A stretch of 64,000 bases of DNA from the NCBI GenBank assembly GCA_965229645.1, contig OZ245893.1:534965-598964 (forward strand). The letters are read 5' to 3'. This DNA is from Alphaproteobacteria bacterium (GTDB lineage: Bacteria; Pseudomonadota; Alphaproteobacteria; UBA7985). The notes under the pieces were generated by a model. The model did no database searches. It was not told the DNA's origin and saw only the letters and a program-made list of their open reading frames with translations. The position numbers and the translations under genes are program-made. Shown here piece after piece: positions 20,351-30,656 of the stretch; positions within the stretch are counted from its first letter, which is position 1; every line of letters starts with the position of its first letter.

Positions 20351-21175
20351 GTGGACGTCGGTTCAAGTTCGTTGACTGTCGGGCGGCGCTGGGTCACGCG
20401 GGCGTTCTGGGGTGGTTTTTTCTCCCTCGTATTGCTCGCTTGGGGCGTTTTGTTTTACCAAAGCCAAGGCACTCCAAGCGCTGGTTTAGGGGCCTTCCAT
20501 CCGGGTTTCGCGGCGGGACTCCATAACGGGTTTTCGCCCGTCCAAATCCTGGGCATGTGGATGCTCATGGTTTTGGCCATGATGCTGCCAACCTTGGTGC
20601 CAATGGTAAGAACCCTGAATGATCTGGTCGCGCGCGAACCTCAGCCTTGGATCTTCCCAGCCGCCTTTGTTTTGGGCTACGTCCTTGTTTGGGTCGGCTT
20701 TTCCCTGATCGCTGGCGCTGGGCAGATGGCGCTTGCGGCACTGGGCCTGCTAGATGCAGGCGGCATCCTACTCTACCCTGGTGCCACGGTCTTCTTGCTG
20801 TTGCTCGCGGGCTTGTATCAGTTCAGCGCCCTAAAGCAGGCCTGCCTTCGGTTTTGCCAAGCACCGTTGCTCTTTTTTGTTGCGCACTGGCGGGCGGGGG
20901 GGGTTGGTGCGGCGGGAATGGGCCTTCGCCATGGTTTGATTTGCGTTGGGTGCTGTTGGGCGCTCATGGCGCTGGGCTTCGTCGGCGGGGTCATGAATTT
21001 GCTTTGGATGGGGCTGGCAACCGCCCTCATGATCCTGGAAAAACTCCCCGCCATCGGCGTGCCTGTGCGCCCGCTAATCGGAAGTGTTTTGTTGGCTTTG
21101 GCCGTCGCCTATGCTACGGTCTTTTTGGCCGATTGGGTACATCTTGGAAGGAGTCTCTATGGCTTGGCATCTTAA
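20351..21175 (+). CDS. DUF2182 predicted metal-binding membrane protein
   Basis: MWMLMVLAMMLP, YQFS.LK.ACL..C and C.GCCWALM motifs; GGGAGG RBS. Confidence 0.85.
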   Translation: MDVGSSSLTVGRRWVTRAFWGGFFSLVLLAWGVLFYQSQGTPSAGLGAFHPGFAAGLHNGFSPVQILGMWMLMVLAMMLPTLVPMVRTLNDLVAREPQPWIFPAAFVLGYVLVWVGFSLIAGAGQMALAALGLLDAGGILLYPGATVFLLLLAGLYQFSALKQACLRFCQAPLLFFVAHWRAGGVGAAGMGLRHGLICVGCCWALMALGFVGGVMNLLWMGLATALMILEKLPAIGVPVRPLIGSVLLALAVAYATVFLADWVHLGRSLYGLAS

Positions 21176-21761
21176 GGGCGAACTGATCCTCAACTGCAAT
21201 TGCACGGTGTTTTGCCCCTGCGTCGTCTCCCTCGGCGATCATCCGCCAACAGAAGGGTACTGCCAGGCTTGGCTCGGCGTGCGTATCGACGAAGGCGACT
21301 TTGACGGTCTTGCCCTTGGCGGTTTGAACATCGCCATGATTATGGACATTCCAGGCAAGATGGCGCGCGGCAATTGGACCGCGGGTCTGTTCATCGATGA
21401 TCGCGCTAACGACGCGGCCTACGCAGCGCTGGAGAAGATTTTTTCGGGACAGGCGCGCGGCACGACGGGTCTGTTTCGCTTGCTGGTGAGTAATTTCCTG
21501 GGTGCCGAGCGCCAGCCGATTTCTTACGCGACAAGCGGCAGCAATCGCCGTCTCACCGTGGGCAAAAAGATCATTGGCGAAGTGGCGCCGATTGGCGGCA
21601 AAACCCCAGAGCAGGAGGTGGTGGTGTCCAATACGGAGTATTGGATGGGTCCTGACATTACCATCGCCAGCGCGTCGAAGGGGCGGGTGCGGGCCTTTGG
21701 TCGGGTGTGGGACTTTGATGGCCGCAGCGCTGAGATCTGCCAAATCAACTGGCAGGGGTAG
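21159..21761 (+). CDS. DUF1326 protein
   Basis: CNCTVFCPC...PTEGYC motif; paired with DUF2182. Confidence 0.85.
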   Translation: MAWHLKGELILNCNCTVFCPCVVSLGDHPPTEGYCQAWLGVRIDEGDFDGLALGGLNIAMIMDIPGKMARGNWTAGLFIDDRANDAAYAALEKIFSGQARGTTGLFRLLVSNFLGAERQPISYATSGSNRRLTVGKKIIGEVAPIGGKTPEQEVVVSNTEYWMGPDITIASASKGRVRAFGRVWDFDGRSAEICQINWQG

Positions 21762-21788
21762 CCCTGTTCTGATCGCAGAGGTTCGGGG

Positions 21789-22925
21789 ATGACCGCCGCC
21801 CGCATCACGCCGTCCCGCCGTGTCCGCCTTACGCCTTGGTTTCGGCAGGTCGAGGCGGCGGGGGTCAAGGCCTATACCGTCTATAACCACATGTTGTTGC
21901 CAACCCAATTCGCAGGCGCGCGCGAGGACTATGACCACTTGGCGCAACACGTGCAGGTCTGGGATGTGGCGTGCGAACGCCAGGTGCGATTGCATGGCCC
22001 CGACGCGTTCGCGCTGCTCCAGCTCATGACGCCGCGCGACATGACCAAGTTGCGCGACCAGCAGTGTTTTTATGTGCCCCTGGTCGATGATGAAGGACGC
22101 TTGATTAACGATCCCGTGGTCATGCGCGTGGACGCAGACACGTACTGGCTGTCAATTGCCAGCTCTGATGTCGGCTTGTTCGCCAAGGGGCTCGCGGCAG
22201 GGCGCGGTCTGGAGGTGAAGATCGATGAACCCGACATCAATCCCCTTGCCGTTCAGGGGCCAAAAGCAGAGACTTTGATGGCGCGCATTTTTGGCGATGA
22301 GGTCAAGGCGATCAAGTTCTTTGGGTTTGCTTGGTCACCCTATCAAGGGGTCCCCCTGCTCGTGGCGCGCTCGGGGTTTTCGGGGCGCGGCGGCTTTGAG
22401 ATTTATGTACCAGGCCCCCACCATGCGCAGGGGGCCTATCCCAAGTTAGCGACCGATTTGTGGGATGACTTGTTCGACAAGGGCGAGGATTTGAAGGTTG
22501 CGGCAGGATGCCCAAACTGGATCGACTTTATGGAGGCAGGGCTGCTCAGCTACGGCAACACCATCGACGCCAGCCATACGCCTTTTGAGGCAGGCTTGGG
22601 TAAGTACTGCGATGGACTCGAGACCTGCGTGGCGCACGAGGCCCTGGCGAAAGCGGCCGAGGAAGGGCCCCAACGGTTGGTCACGGCGCTGATTTTTGAC
22701 ACCTCCGATTTTTCCCCTCAGGTTTATCAGGACTGGGACATCGAAGACGAAAACGGCACTTGGGTTGGGCGTCTTACGGGTGGATCACCGTCGCCCCATT
22801 GCGGCACCCATATCGGGGTCGGAACCCTAGAGAAATCGCACTGGCACGCTGGTGCCCGCGTAGTCGTGCAAACGCCCGAGGGACCGCGCCGTGCCAAAGT
22901 CGCCCCCATGCCGTTGCGCAAATAA
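21789..22925 (+). CDS. dmdA: DMSP demethylase DmdA (GcvT family)
   Basis: VEAAGVKAYTVYNHMLLP, HVQVWDVACERQV, LINDPV and LLSYGN motifs; DUF1326/DUF2182 context. Confidence 0.8.
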   Translation: MTAARITPSRRVRLTPWFRQVEAAGVKAYTVYNHMLLPTQFAGAREDYDHLAQHVQVWDVACERQVRLHGPDAFALLQLMTPRDMTKLRDQQCFYVPLVDDEGRLINDPVVMRVDADTYWLSIASSDVGLFAKGLAAGRGLEVKIDEPDINPLAVQGPKAETLMARIFGDEVKAIKFFGFAWSPYQGVPLLVARSGFSGRGGFEIYVPGPHHAQGAYPKLATDLWDDLFDKGEDLKVAAGCPNWIDFMEAGLLSYGNTIDASHTPFEAGLGKYCDGLETCVAHEALAKAAEEGPQRLVTALIFDTSDFSPQVYQDWDIEDENGTWVGRLTGGSPSPHCGTHIGVGTLEKSHWHAGARVVVQTPEGPRRAKVAPMPLRK

Positions 22926-22968
22926 AGTTGGAAACTACGGCCTGGAATCTGCGATGGAGGACCCAAGC

Positions 22969-24579
22969 ATGACCGACTTTCCACCCGTTGCGGCCAATTT
23001 TGTGCCGCTAAGTCCTTTGTCGTTCTTGGCGCGCACGGCGGCGGTGTTTGCAGATCGCACGGCAGTGGTCTATGGACAGCGGCGCTATTCCTGGGCCCAG
23101 GTTCAGGATCGGGCCGCTCGCTTGGCGGGCGCGCTCAAGGCCTTGGGGGTTGGCAAGGGGCATGTGGTGTCGGTGATTGCCACCAATACGCCCGAAATGA
23201 TCGAAGCTCACTACGGGGTGCCTTGGTCAGGGGCAACGCTCAATGCCATCAATGTACGGCTGGAGCCCGAAACGCTGGCCTATATACTCGACCATGCCGA
23301 GACCAAAGTTCTGATCACCGATACGGCCTTCGCGCCTTCTGTAAAGGCGGCCCTGCACCTTGCGGAAAATAAGAGTTTACGCGTCATTGATATTTGTGAC
23401 CCCGAAGCGGTGGGGGAGACCCTGGGCGAACAAGACTATGAGGCGTTCCTCGCCGCCGCAACGCCCGCGCCCTTTGCCCTGCCAGTCGACGAGTGGGACA
23501 ATTTGGCGCTCAACTATACCTCGGGCACCAGCGGGCGGCCTAAGGGTGTCTTGTATCATCATCGCGGCGCGTACCTCATGGCGATGGGCACGATTCCGTG
23601 CTGGGGGGTGTCGCTGCACCCGCGCTATCTCTATTGCGTGCCCTTGTTCCACTGCAACGGCTGGAACCACGTCTGGGCCATGACCATTTTGGCGGGGACC
23701 ATCTACTGTATCCGCGACTTGTCCCCCGCGAACATCTGGCGACAGATCGATCGCAACCAGATTAGCCACTTTGGCGCAGCCCCGATCATTCTGGGAAACT
23801 TGGTCAATGCGCCGTCGCAAGACGTTTATCCCCTGGGCAGGACCATCGAGGTGGTGACGGCAGGGGCGCCGCCGCCTGCGGCGATTTTGGCCGCATGCGC
23901 GCAACTGGGCATGAACGTCGTCCAGGTCTATGGTCTTACCGAAACCTATGGGCATACGGTGGTGTGCCAGCCCCAGGATCATTGGGCCGAGCTGGAGGCG
24001 GAGCCGCTCGCCGCGCTAAAGGCGCGCCAGGGGGTCGCCTTTCCCATGACCGAGGACGTGCGCGTTGTCGATGTGGTAAGCCGCGAGGATGTGCCTGCGG
24101 ACGGGGTCAGCGAGGGGGAGATCTTGATCCGTGGCAATACGGTCATGAAAGGCTACTTCAAAAATCCCGAGGCGACCGCGGCCGCCTTTGCCGACGGCGC
24201 CTTTCGCTCGGGCGACGTGGCGGTCAAGCACCCCGACGGGTACATTGAGATCCGCGACCGGCTCAAAGACGTGATCATCTCTGGGGGCGAGAACATCTCC
24301 TCAGTTGAAGTCGAAGGGATTCTCTATACCCACGCGTGCGTCGCGGCGGCGGCGGTCGTCGCCATGCCCGATCCCAAGTGGGGGGAAGTGCCGTGCGCTT
24401 TCATTGAACTGAAAGATGGGATGACGCCGCCAGATCCAGACCTGATGCGCGAGTGGTGTCGAGCGCGAATGGCAGGGTTCAAAACCCCTAAGCGCTTTGA
24501 ATTTCAGGCCTTGCCCAAAACCGCGACGGGAAAAATCCAAAAGTTTGAACTGCGCAAAATCGCCGCGAACTTAGGTTAA
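22969..24579 (+). CDS. Acyl-CoA synthetase, probable MMPA-CoA ligase (DmdB-like)
   Basis: NYTSGTSGRPKGV, YGLTE and ISGGENISS motifs; directly after dmdA. Confidence 0.8.
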   Translation: MTDFPPVAANFVPLSPLSFLARTAAVFADRTAVVYGQRRYSWAQVQDRAARLAGALKALGVGKGHVVSVIATNTPEMIEAHYGVPWSGATLNAINVRLEPETLAYILDHAETKVLITDTAFAPSVKAALHLAENKSLRVIDICDPEAVGETLGEQDYEAFLAAATPAPFALPVDEWDNLALNYTSGTSGRPKGVLYHHRGAYLMAMGTIPCWGVSLHPRYLYCVPLFHCNGWNHVWAMTILAGTIYCIRDLSPANIWRQIDRNQISHFGAAPIILGNLVNAPSQDVYPLGRTIEVVTAGAPPPAAILAACAQLGMNVVQVYGLTETYGHTVVCQPQDHWAELEAEPLAALKARQGVAFPMTEDVRVVDVVSREDVPADGVSEGEILIRGNTVMKGYFKNPEATAAAFADGAFRSGDVAVKHPDGYIEIRDRLKDVIISGGENISSVEVEGILYTHACVAAAAVVAMPDPKWGEVPCAFIELKDGMTPPDPDLMREWCRARMAGFKTPKRFEFQALPKTATGKIQKFELRKIAANLG

Positions 24580-24581
24580 GA

Positions 24582-24620
24582 CCTCACCGCTAAAAGACAC
24601 GGTGCCTTTCGGCGGTGAGG
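24582..24620. terminator. Stem-loop between convergent genes
   Basis: CCTCACCGC...GCGGTGAGG. Confidence 0.55.
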
Positions 24621-24638
24621 GGTGGATTGAGTGCCAAG

Positions 24639-25286
24639 TTAGAAGCTGACGGATGCCCCTAGGGTGAAGAACGGCAGGAAGTCGCCGTCGAGGTCGTCGT
24701 TAACTTCCGCGAGATCGGCCTCGTAGGCGGTACGGTCGGCAGCGCTCAGCGCGTCCTGACCTGTGGTGGTCAGCTCCAGCGTATTGAAGCGTAGACCGCC
24801 CTCAACGAAAAATGAGACCTGGCTCGATTTTCTAACGTAACCAAGGCCAAGGACGGGGGCGATCGAGTCCCGCTCTTGCAAAGTGAGGCTGAAGTCAGTC
24901 TCATATGTGGTGCCGTCGAAGGTGAGCTCGTCCACGTTGCCCGTGATTTCGTAGCCCCCCGATACCAGGCCAGCGGAGATGCGGAAGTTATCCCCCGATG
25001 GGTAGTAGTCGAGCATGGCACCAAAGGACTCTGTGGAGATGGAGGCAGAAAAAGAGTTTCCATCTACGGATTCGGTCTCGCTCACGTCGCCAAAGGTGAA
25101 GAGTCCGCGGACGCGTGCATTGTCGCTGATTCTGGTTTCGGGCGACACTTGAAGGCCAAGGGCGGAGACCCCAACCTCAATCGATATGTCCTCGCCGAAC
25201 TCAAAGTTGCCGCCCAGTTGCGCGGTGGACAGGGGGGAAAGCATCAAGGCGCCGAGGCCCAGAACCGTGCGAAGAAGGGAGGTCAT
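24639..25286 (-). CDS. Outer-membrane beta-barrel protein
   Basis: Signal peptide; alternating beta-strand pattern; C-terminal Phe (LGASVSF). Confidence 0.7.
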   Translation of the reverse strand: MTSLLRTVLGLGALMLSPLSTAQLGGNFEFGEDISIEVGVSALGLQVSPETRISDNARVRGLFTFGDVSETESVDGNSFSASISTESFGAMLDYYPSGDNFRISAGLVSGGYEITGNVDELTFDGTTYETDFSLTLQERDSIAPVLGLGYVRKSSQVSFFVEGGLRFNTLELTTTGQDALSAADRTAYEADLAEVNDDLDGDFLPFFTLGASVSF

Positions 25287-25377
25287 GAGATGAGTCTTTT
25301 TTAGTTTGAATGGATTGATTTTTCGCCCCTAGGACGCAAGCCTTAGTATGTAAAGCCATTTTTGGGGACTTTGCGCC

Positions 25378-26010
25378 ATGGATATAGACATTTGGTTGCC
25401 CTTCGTCGGGACCGTCTTTGGCCTCTTTGCGGTGCCAGGACCGACGATTATGATGATCGTGGCACTGACCTTGAGGTTCGGCGGGGCGGGCGTGCCCTAT
25501 TTGGTGCTGGGCGTGAACTTGGCGGACTTCTGTTTCGTTGCCTTGGGGCTGGGCGGGATGGCGGCGCTTCTGCGTGCCTATCCCTCGCTCGAGTGGGTCT
25601 TGCGCCTGATCTCGCTGGCCTATGTCGCCTTTTTGACGGTGAAACTGTGGCGGAGCGACTCGCCCAACCTGAACGCCGCGCAGACGCAACCAGCGCCGTC
25701 CAAGCCTGGTTTTGCCCTGACGCGCCATGCCTTCTTAACCACGATCACGAACCCCAAGGGCATCGTCTTTGTTTTTGGCGTTTTCCCCACCTATATGCCT
25801 GGGCCCGACCAATCGCAGGCTGCGGCGATTGCGATTTTGACTTTGACTTTTTTGGCCCTATCCGCCACTGTGGCGACAACTTGGGGTTTGCTGGCGTCAA
25901 CGACGTTCGCGCGCCTGGCGCGTTGGCCGCACTTGGGTAAGCTGTCGGCGATGATCGTTGCCCTATCGGTCGCCTGGGTCTGGGCTAAGGCCTTGGACCT
26001 CCTGCCTTAA
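25378..26010 (+). CDS. LysE/RhtB family translocator
   Basis: PGPT and TNPKG motifs; hydrophobic, 210 aa. Confidence 0.85.
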   Translation: MDIDIWLPFVGTVFGLFAVPGPTIMMIVALTLRFGGAGVPYLVLGVNLADFCFVALGLGGMAALLRAYPSLEWVLRLISLAYVAFLTVKLWRSDSPNLNAAQTQPAPSKPGFALTRHAFLTTITNPKGIVFVFGVFPTYMPGPDQSQAAAIAILTLTFLALSATVATTWGLLASTTFARLARWPHLGKLSAMIVALSVAWVWAKALDLLP

Positions 26011-26142
26011 CGTCAGTCGCATTGATGTGGTTGAATGGCTTTTGGCCGTTTTTGGGCGAGGATGTTCCCAGCGTCGATGGTTCCAATCGACTTGGAGTCC
26101 GCATGAAATTTACCTCTTGTCGCGGCGGCGGGAAGCGGCGAT

Positions 26143-26781
26143 GTGAGGGCTATGCAACCAGACCAAGACCTCCCCAGACCCGCGCGTCGGCAGCAGATTC
26201 ATCGGCGTACCTACGTTGGCGACATGTTTGAGCGCGACGATGGTTTGTTCGATGTCGATCTGGAGATGCGCGATACCAAGCCATTTTCGTTCGACAATCA
26301 AGATCGAGGCTACGTTGCGGCGGGGGAGGCCCTGCACCATATGAAAATGCGTGTTACGGTGAACGACCAACTCGAAATTGTTGATGTGGAGGCGCGGACC
26401 CTGGCCAGCCCTTTCCATCTTTGCGCAAGCATTACCCCGCAGTACAAGAACTTGATCGGGCTACGCATCACCGCAGGGTTCGTGAAGAAAGCTCAAGAGA
26501 TCACGGGACGCACCGCAGGTTGCACGCACTTAAACGACATGCTGAAAATTATTGGCACGACGGCCTTGCAAGGCTTTTGGTCGGTCATGGCGCGGCGACG
26601 GCGGGCGCAAGCTGCCCAAAACGGACAAGACCAAGCCGCCGACCGCCAGGCGGTCCTCGCTGCGGCGCAGGCGGTGATCGGCACTTGCCACGCTTACGCG
26701 CGCAGTTCCCCCATCGTCGCGCGAGAGTGGCCAGAGTTGCATGTGTCAGATGCCACGAATGGACCGCCGCTTGACTCCTAA
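26143..26781 (+). CDS. DUF2889 protein
   Basis: RRQIHRR, RDDGLFDV, DTK, LHHM, GCTHL and TCHA motifs; exact start uncertain. Confidence 0.8.
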   Translation: MRAMQPDQDLPRPARRQQIHRRTYVGDMFERDDGLFDVDLEMRDTKPFSFDNQDRGYVAAGEALHHMKMRVTVNDQLEIVDVEARTLASPFHLCASITPQYKNLIGLRITAGFVKKAQEITGRTAGCTHLNDMLKIIGTTALQGFWSVMARRRRAQAAQNGQDQAADRQAVLAAAQAVIGTCHAYARSSPIVAREWPELHVSDATNGPPLDS

Positions 26782-26875
26782 AAAATTCCCCCCCCAACGG
26801 GGGTGGTAGGCGAAGCCTTACGGGGCCCTCATTCTTTGCGCGGACAACTCAATCGACGCACGAGTGATCCCAATT

Positions 26876-27814
26876 TTAAGTCAGCGAACCCGATTTGATC
26901 TGAACGCCTCTCGAATCGATTGTCACGACTTGAACCTGGCCCTGGTGAACCCCGCGCAGTACTTGATCGGTAACGCCTGCGAGAATGAGTCTAGTGCGAG
27001 GACTCGCCAAGTCCGTCGCACCATAGACGCGGTCTAGGGTGCCTAGGTCGAGCCGATCCGCGCGAGCCTGCTCAGCGGCGTTGGTGGCCCGCAAGCGCCC
27101 GAAGAAGGCACCGCCCAAATGCTGCAAGCCGCAGGCGGCCAAAACTCCTTCGGGCGCCCCGCCCGTGCCCCAATAGAGATCAAAGGCAGGGTCTTGGCTT
27201 TGGGTCTCAAGAGGGTCCTGGTTTAGTGCGGTTTGCAGGCAGGCCATGACGTCGCCGTCGGCGATCAGGCTTAGATGCGCGCCCGCGGCCCTTACGGCGC
27301 TCATCTGCGCGGCGTGGCGCGCCCGATCCAGCATCAGCACGCGGGCGGGGCGGCCGCGCAAGGCAGCTATTCGGGCAAGCAAAGGTGCAAGGGGGCAATC
27401 TAAGTCGCAGGGCGCAAGTGGTAGGCCCCGTCCCACCGCGATCTTATCCATATAAATGTCGGGGGCATGGAGCAAGCTGCCCCGCGGGCCGTAGGCCAGG
27501 ACGCAGAGCGCGCCAGGGCGGTTTTCAGCGCATAGGGCCGTGCCCTCCAGCGGGTCAACCGCGATGTCGATTTCGGGGCCTCCCGTGCCCAAGGTCTCGC
27601 CGATGTGCAACATGGGGGCCTCGTCGCGCTCGCCCTCGCCAATCACGATGTGCCCGTCCATGGGCAAGGTGTTTAGATGAGCGCGCATGGCCGTCACCGC
27701 TGCGGCGTCGGCGGCGGTTTGGTCGCCCTTACCGATCCAGGGTTCGCAAGCTCGCGCGGCCTCTACCGCAGCACGCTCCAAACCCTGGGCCAGGGCGTCG
27801 GGTAGGGTCGCCAT
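26876..27814 (-). CDS. glpX: Fructose-1,6-bisphosphatase class II
   Basis: VIGEGERDEAPML, DIAVDPLEGT, APDIYMDK and GGAPEGVL motifs. Confidence 0.95.
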   Translation of the reverse strand: MATLPDALAQGLERAAVEAARACEPWIGKGDQTAADAAAVTAMRAHLNTLPMDGHIVIGEGERDEAPMLHIGETLGTGGPEIDIAVDPLEGTALCAENRPGALCVLAYGPRGSLLHAPDIYMDKIAVGRGLPLAPCDLDCPLAPLLARIAALRGRPARVLMLDRARHAAQMSAVRAAGAHLSLIADGDVMACLQTALNQDPLETQSQDPAFDLYWGTGGAPEGVLAACGLQHLGGAFFGRLRATNAAEQARADRLDLGTLDRVYGATDLASPRTRLILAGVTDQVLRGVHQGQVQVVTIDSRGVQIKSGSLT

Positions 27815-27816
27815 GG

Positions 27817-28740
27817 CTAAGCTGCCAGGCGGGCAGGGCGCTGGGTGTAAATGTCCATAAGGTCGTGGAGTAACCTGATGGCCTCGGTCTTGGGCCGCTG
27901 GAAGGCGTTGCGCCCAATGATCGACCCAGCGCCGCCGCCCGCCGCGATGGCACCGATTTCGGCCTTCATCTCGGCGTCCGACTTGGCAGCACCCCCCGAA
28001 AAGATCACAAGTCGGCGGCCATCAAAGGCCGACTGAACGACATGGGCGACCCGTTCCTTTAAGGCTGACCAGTCGCGCTGGGCGTAGAGCGACTTGGCCT
28101 CATCTTGTTCTATATGATCGGTCGGAAGTTTCACTTTGATTATGTGAGCATTCATGAGCGCGGCCATGTGGGCTGCATAGGCGACGACGTCGAGCGCCGT
28201 TTCGCCCGCCTTTGACAGGTTGCCGCCACGCGCGTATGACCAGACAAGGACCAGGAGTCCCGCCGCGCGCGCCTCTTGGCTCAATTTTTGCAGCTCTTCC
28301 ATCATTTCAAACTGCTGATCGGCCCCAGGATATAGCGTATAGCCGATGCCGATGCATCCAAGGCGCAAGGCGTCTTGCACGGACCCTGTAACGGCCTGGT
28401 CCAGGCATCTAGCATGGGAGTTGGCGCTGTTGATCTTCAAAATTGTCGGAACCTGACCCGCAAAATCGGGCGCGCCTGCTTGCAGCAATCCCAGAGGCGC
28501 TGCAAAAGCCGAAAGGCCCGCGTCGATGGCCAACCGCCAGTGATACAAAGGGTCATAGGCGGCGGGGTTCATCGCAAAGGAGCGGGCAGGGCCATGCTCC
28601 AAACCTTGATCGACGGGCAGAATCATAAGCTTGCCCGTGCCACCCAAGCGGCCATGGGTGAGCAAGGTATAGAGTTTGGCCAAAACTCCAGGGGTTTCAG
28701 CGCGATAGGCGTCGAGAAGTGTTTGTATGGTGGGCGTCAT
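27817..28740 (-). CDS. fbaB: Class I fructose-bisphosphate aldolase (DhnA type)
   Basis: ILPVDQGLEHGP, IIKVK and IIGRNAFQR motifs. Confidence 0.9.
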   Translation of the reverse strand: MTPTIQTLLDAYRAETPGVLAKLYTLLTHGRLGGTGKLMILPVDQGLEHGPARSFAMNPAAYDPLYHWRLAIDAGLSAFAAPLGLLQAGAPDFAGQVPTILKINSANSHARCLDQAVTGSVQDALRLGCIGIGYTLYPGADQQFEMMEELQKLSQEARAAGLLVLVWSYARGGNLSKAGETALDVVAYAAHMAALMNAHIIKVKLPTDHIEQDEAKSLYAQRDWSALKERVAHVVQSAFDGRRLVIFSGGAAKSDAEMKAEIGAIAAGGGAGSIIGRNAFQRPKTEAIRLLHDLMDIYTQRPARLAA

Positions 28741-28758
28741 GGGGTCGTCATAGGCACA

Positions 28759-28783
28759 ATGTTCATATTTGTAAAGTGAACAT
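28759..28783. promoter_or_regulatory. Inverted repeat, candidate operator upstream of fbaB-glpX
   Basis: ATGTTCA-N11-TGAACAT, 18 bp before the fbaB ATG. Confidence 0.4.
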
Positions 28784-28957
28784 AGAGAAATCGCACTTGA
28801 ACGAACTCTGGCCCAATTCCCCTGCCCAGAACAGGGCTTTCAGGCCCGTCGGTGTGTTTTGAAACTCCCGAAAGTTCGCCAAAAACCGCGAAATTCAGCA
28901 CATTACCTTGTTTCCGCTATTTTCCGCCTGGCCGTTTGCGCTTGGCCGACCGCAGAA

Positions 28958-29566
28958 CTAAGCTCCCAAAACCGCAATGGGACGGAACAGGCCTTGAGAA
29001 TCGACAGAATCGACCGTGCCTTTAGCGATATGATAGTACCAACCATGGAGGTGCAGATCGCCGCTGGCAACGCGGGTCTGGACGAAATCGTAGGTCATGA
29101 GATTGCGCAGTTGGGCGCGGATGTTCGCGAGCGTCAGCTCCCTTAGGCTCGACCCAGGCCCCACTTGGTCTCGTGCCTCGTGTCCGTGGCGGATCCAGGC
29201 CTGCACAAGTGGCATCGCCTCTGGGGCGCCGTCTTTCAAGGCCTTCATCGCGCCGCAGTCGCTATGACCGAGGATGACCATATGTTGGACGCCCAGGCCT
29301 AGGACCGCGTACTCCAACGTCGCGGCGGTGCCCTCAACGAGTCCCTCGACACAAGGGGGCACAAAGTTTCCTGCATTGCGCGCGATGAAGAGGTCACCTG
29401 CCTCGGCCTGGCTCATGACCTGGGGCGTCACGCGCGAATCAGCGCAGGCGATGACAAAGGTGTCAGGGCTTTGCCCCTTGGCGAGGGCGGCAAAGTGCGC
29501 CGCTTTGCGACGGTGCTCGCCGCGTTGAAATTCGCCGATTCCAGCAACTAAATCGTCAAAAGCCAT
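28958..29566 (-). CDS. Beta-class carbonic anhydrase
   Basis: CADSR, RNAGN and GHSDCGA motifs; start MAFDDL at 29566. Confidence 0.95.
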   Translation of the reverse strand: MAFDDLVAGIGEFQRGEHRRKAAHFAALAKGQSPDTFVIACADSRVTPQVMSQAEAGDLFIARNAGNFVPPCVEGLVEGTAATLEYAVLGLGVQHMVILGHSDCGAMKALKDGAPEAMPLVQAWIRHGHEARDQVGPGSSLRELTLANIRAQLRNLMTYDFVQTRVASGDLHLHGWYYHIAKGTVDSVDSQGLFRPIAVLGA

Positions 29567-29720
29567 GGGTCCTGTCCTAAATGTGCGCCTGCGCCTTAAC
29601 CTAACCGAAAAGTGACGGACAGAGAAGGGATGGCCGCCACAAGACTTGTGATTGATCCCCAAGATTTGTCTGCTAAGGGCCGTGCGACCCTTCCCTCCGA
29701 CCTTGTTTTGTGCCCGCGCC

Positions 29721-30443
29721 ATGCGTTTTTTCCTCGTCCTAATCGCCTGCCTTAGCCTCAGCGGGTGCCTTGCGTCCTTGGGCACGGCGACGTCTTTTGG
29801 CGTGCTGTTCGGGGGCGTGTCGGCGAGTTCGGACAACTTATCGTCCCGATCAGCCTTTGGTCCAACACGCCTTGTTGATTACCAAGCCATGTGGGATGGA
29901 TACGTTGCCCCTGATGAGGCCTATACGGGCGAGGACTTGACCCGCATTACGTTGCGGGAGCTGGGGTATCTCGACAACGATTTTTATGCCCTGACCCCTC
30001 GCGACCTACGTTTCTGGTGCCCGAGCTATCGTCGTCAATCTTTGGAGGGGCGCAAGGCGTTTTACCTCGGTTTGATTTCTGGGATCGCTCGCTACGAGAC
30101 CGACTTTCGCGCCCATGTGAAGTATTTGGAGGCGGGCGGCCATTACTCTCGGGGTTTGCTGCAGCTCGGGCAGCAATCTCTTTCTTACTATCCCGAGGGG
30201 ACGCGCTGCGATGTGTCAGGCGACCCGCGTCAACTGCACGACCTGCAGGAAAATATCTCGTGCGGGGTCATGCTGCTCGACCATTGGATTCGTCGCGACG
30301 GCTATATCGCTTCGGGCGGTAATGAAGGGGAGGGAGACGCCCGCTACTTCGGCGCCGCACGCTACTGGTCCACCTTGCGCCTCGATCGCCGAGGTCGCGA
30401 CGACATCGCCGCCTATACCCGCAGTTTGCCCGTTTGCCGCTAA
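29721..30443 (+). CDS. Lipoprotein with a lysozyme-like/SLT transglycosylase domain
   Basis: Lipobox LSGC; ARYE, SRGLLQL, NISCG and ARYWS motifs. Confidence 0.7.
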   Translation: MRFFLVLIACLSLSGCLASLGTATSFGVLFGGVSASSDNLSSRSAFGPTRLVDYQAMWDGYVAPDEAYTGEDLTRITLRELGYLDNDFYALTPRDLRFWCPSYRRQSLEGRKAFYLGLISGIARYETDFRAHVKYLEAGGHYSRGLLQLGQQSLSYYPEGTRCDVSGDPRQLHDLQENISCGVMLLDHWIRRDGYIASGGNEGEGDARYFGAARYWSTLRLDRRGRDDIAAYTRSLPVCR

Positions 30444-30656
30444 CTTGAAGATCGAGGACTCCCTCCGTCCATGTTAGCTTGAAAAAGTACTGTTTCCGCA
30501 ATTCGATCCCAACAAAGGGATTTTCGAATCGAGTGCCTCGTATCGAGTCTTATTTATGGGATGACCGAGCGACGCATTTCAAGCGAGAAGAATTTGCTTG
30601 GTTCTGAATTAAGAGTGTTGTTTTCCAGTAACATAGTCTAAGGACGCAACAAAGAA

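Noticed and set aside
26876-29566. Carbon-fixation (Calvin cycle) cluster
   Set aside because: No RuBisCO or phosphoribulokinase; glpX, aldolase and carbonic anhydrase are common in heterotrophs
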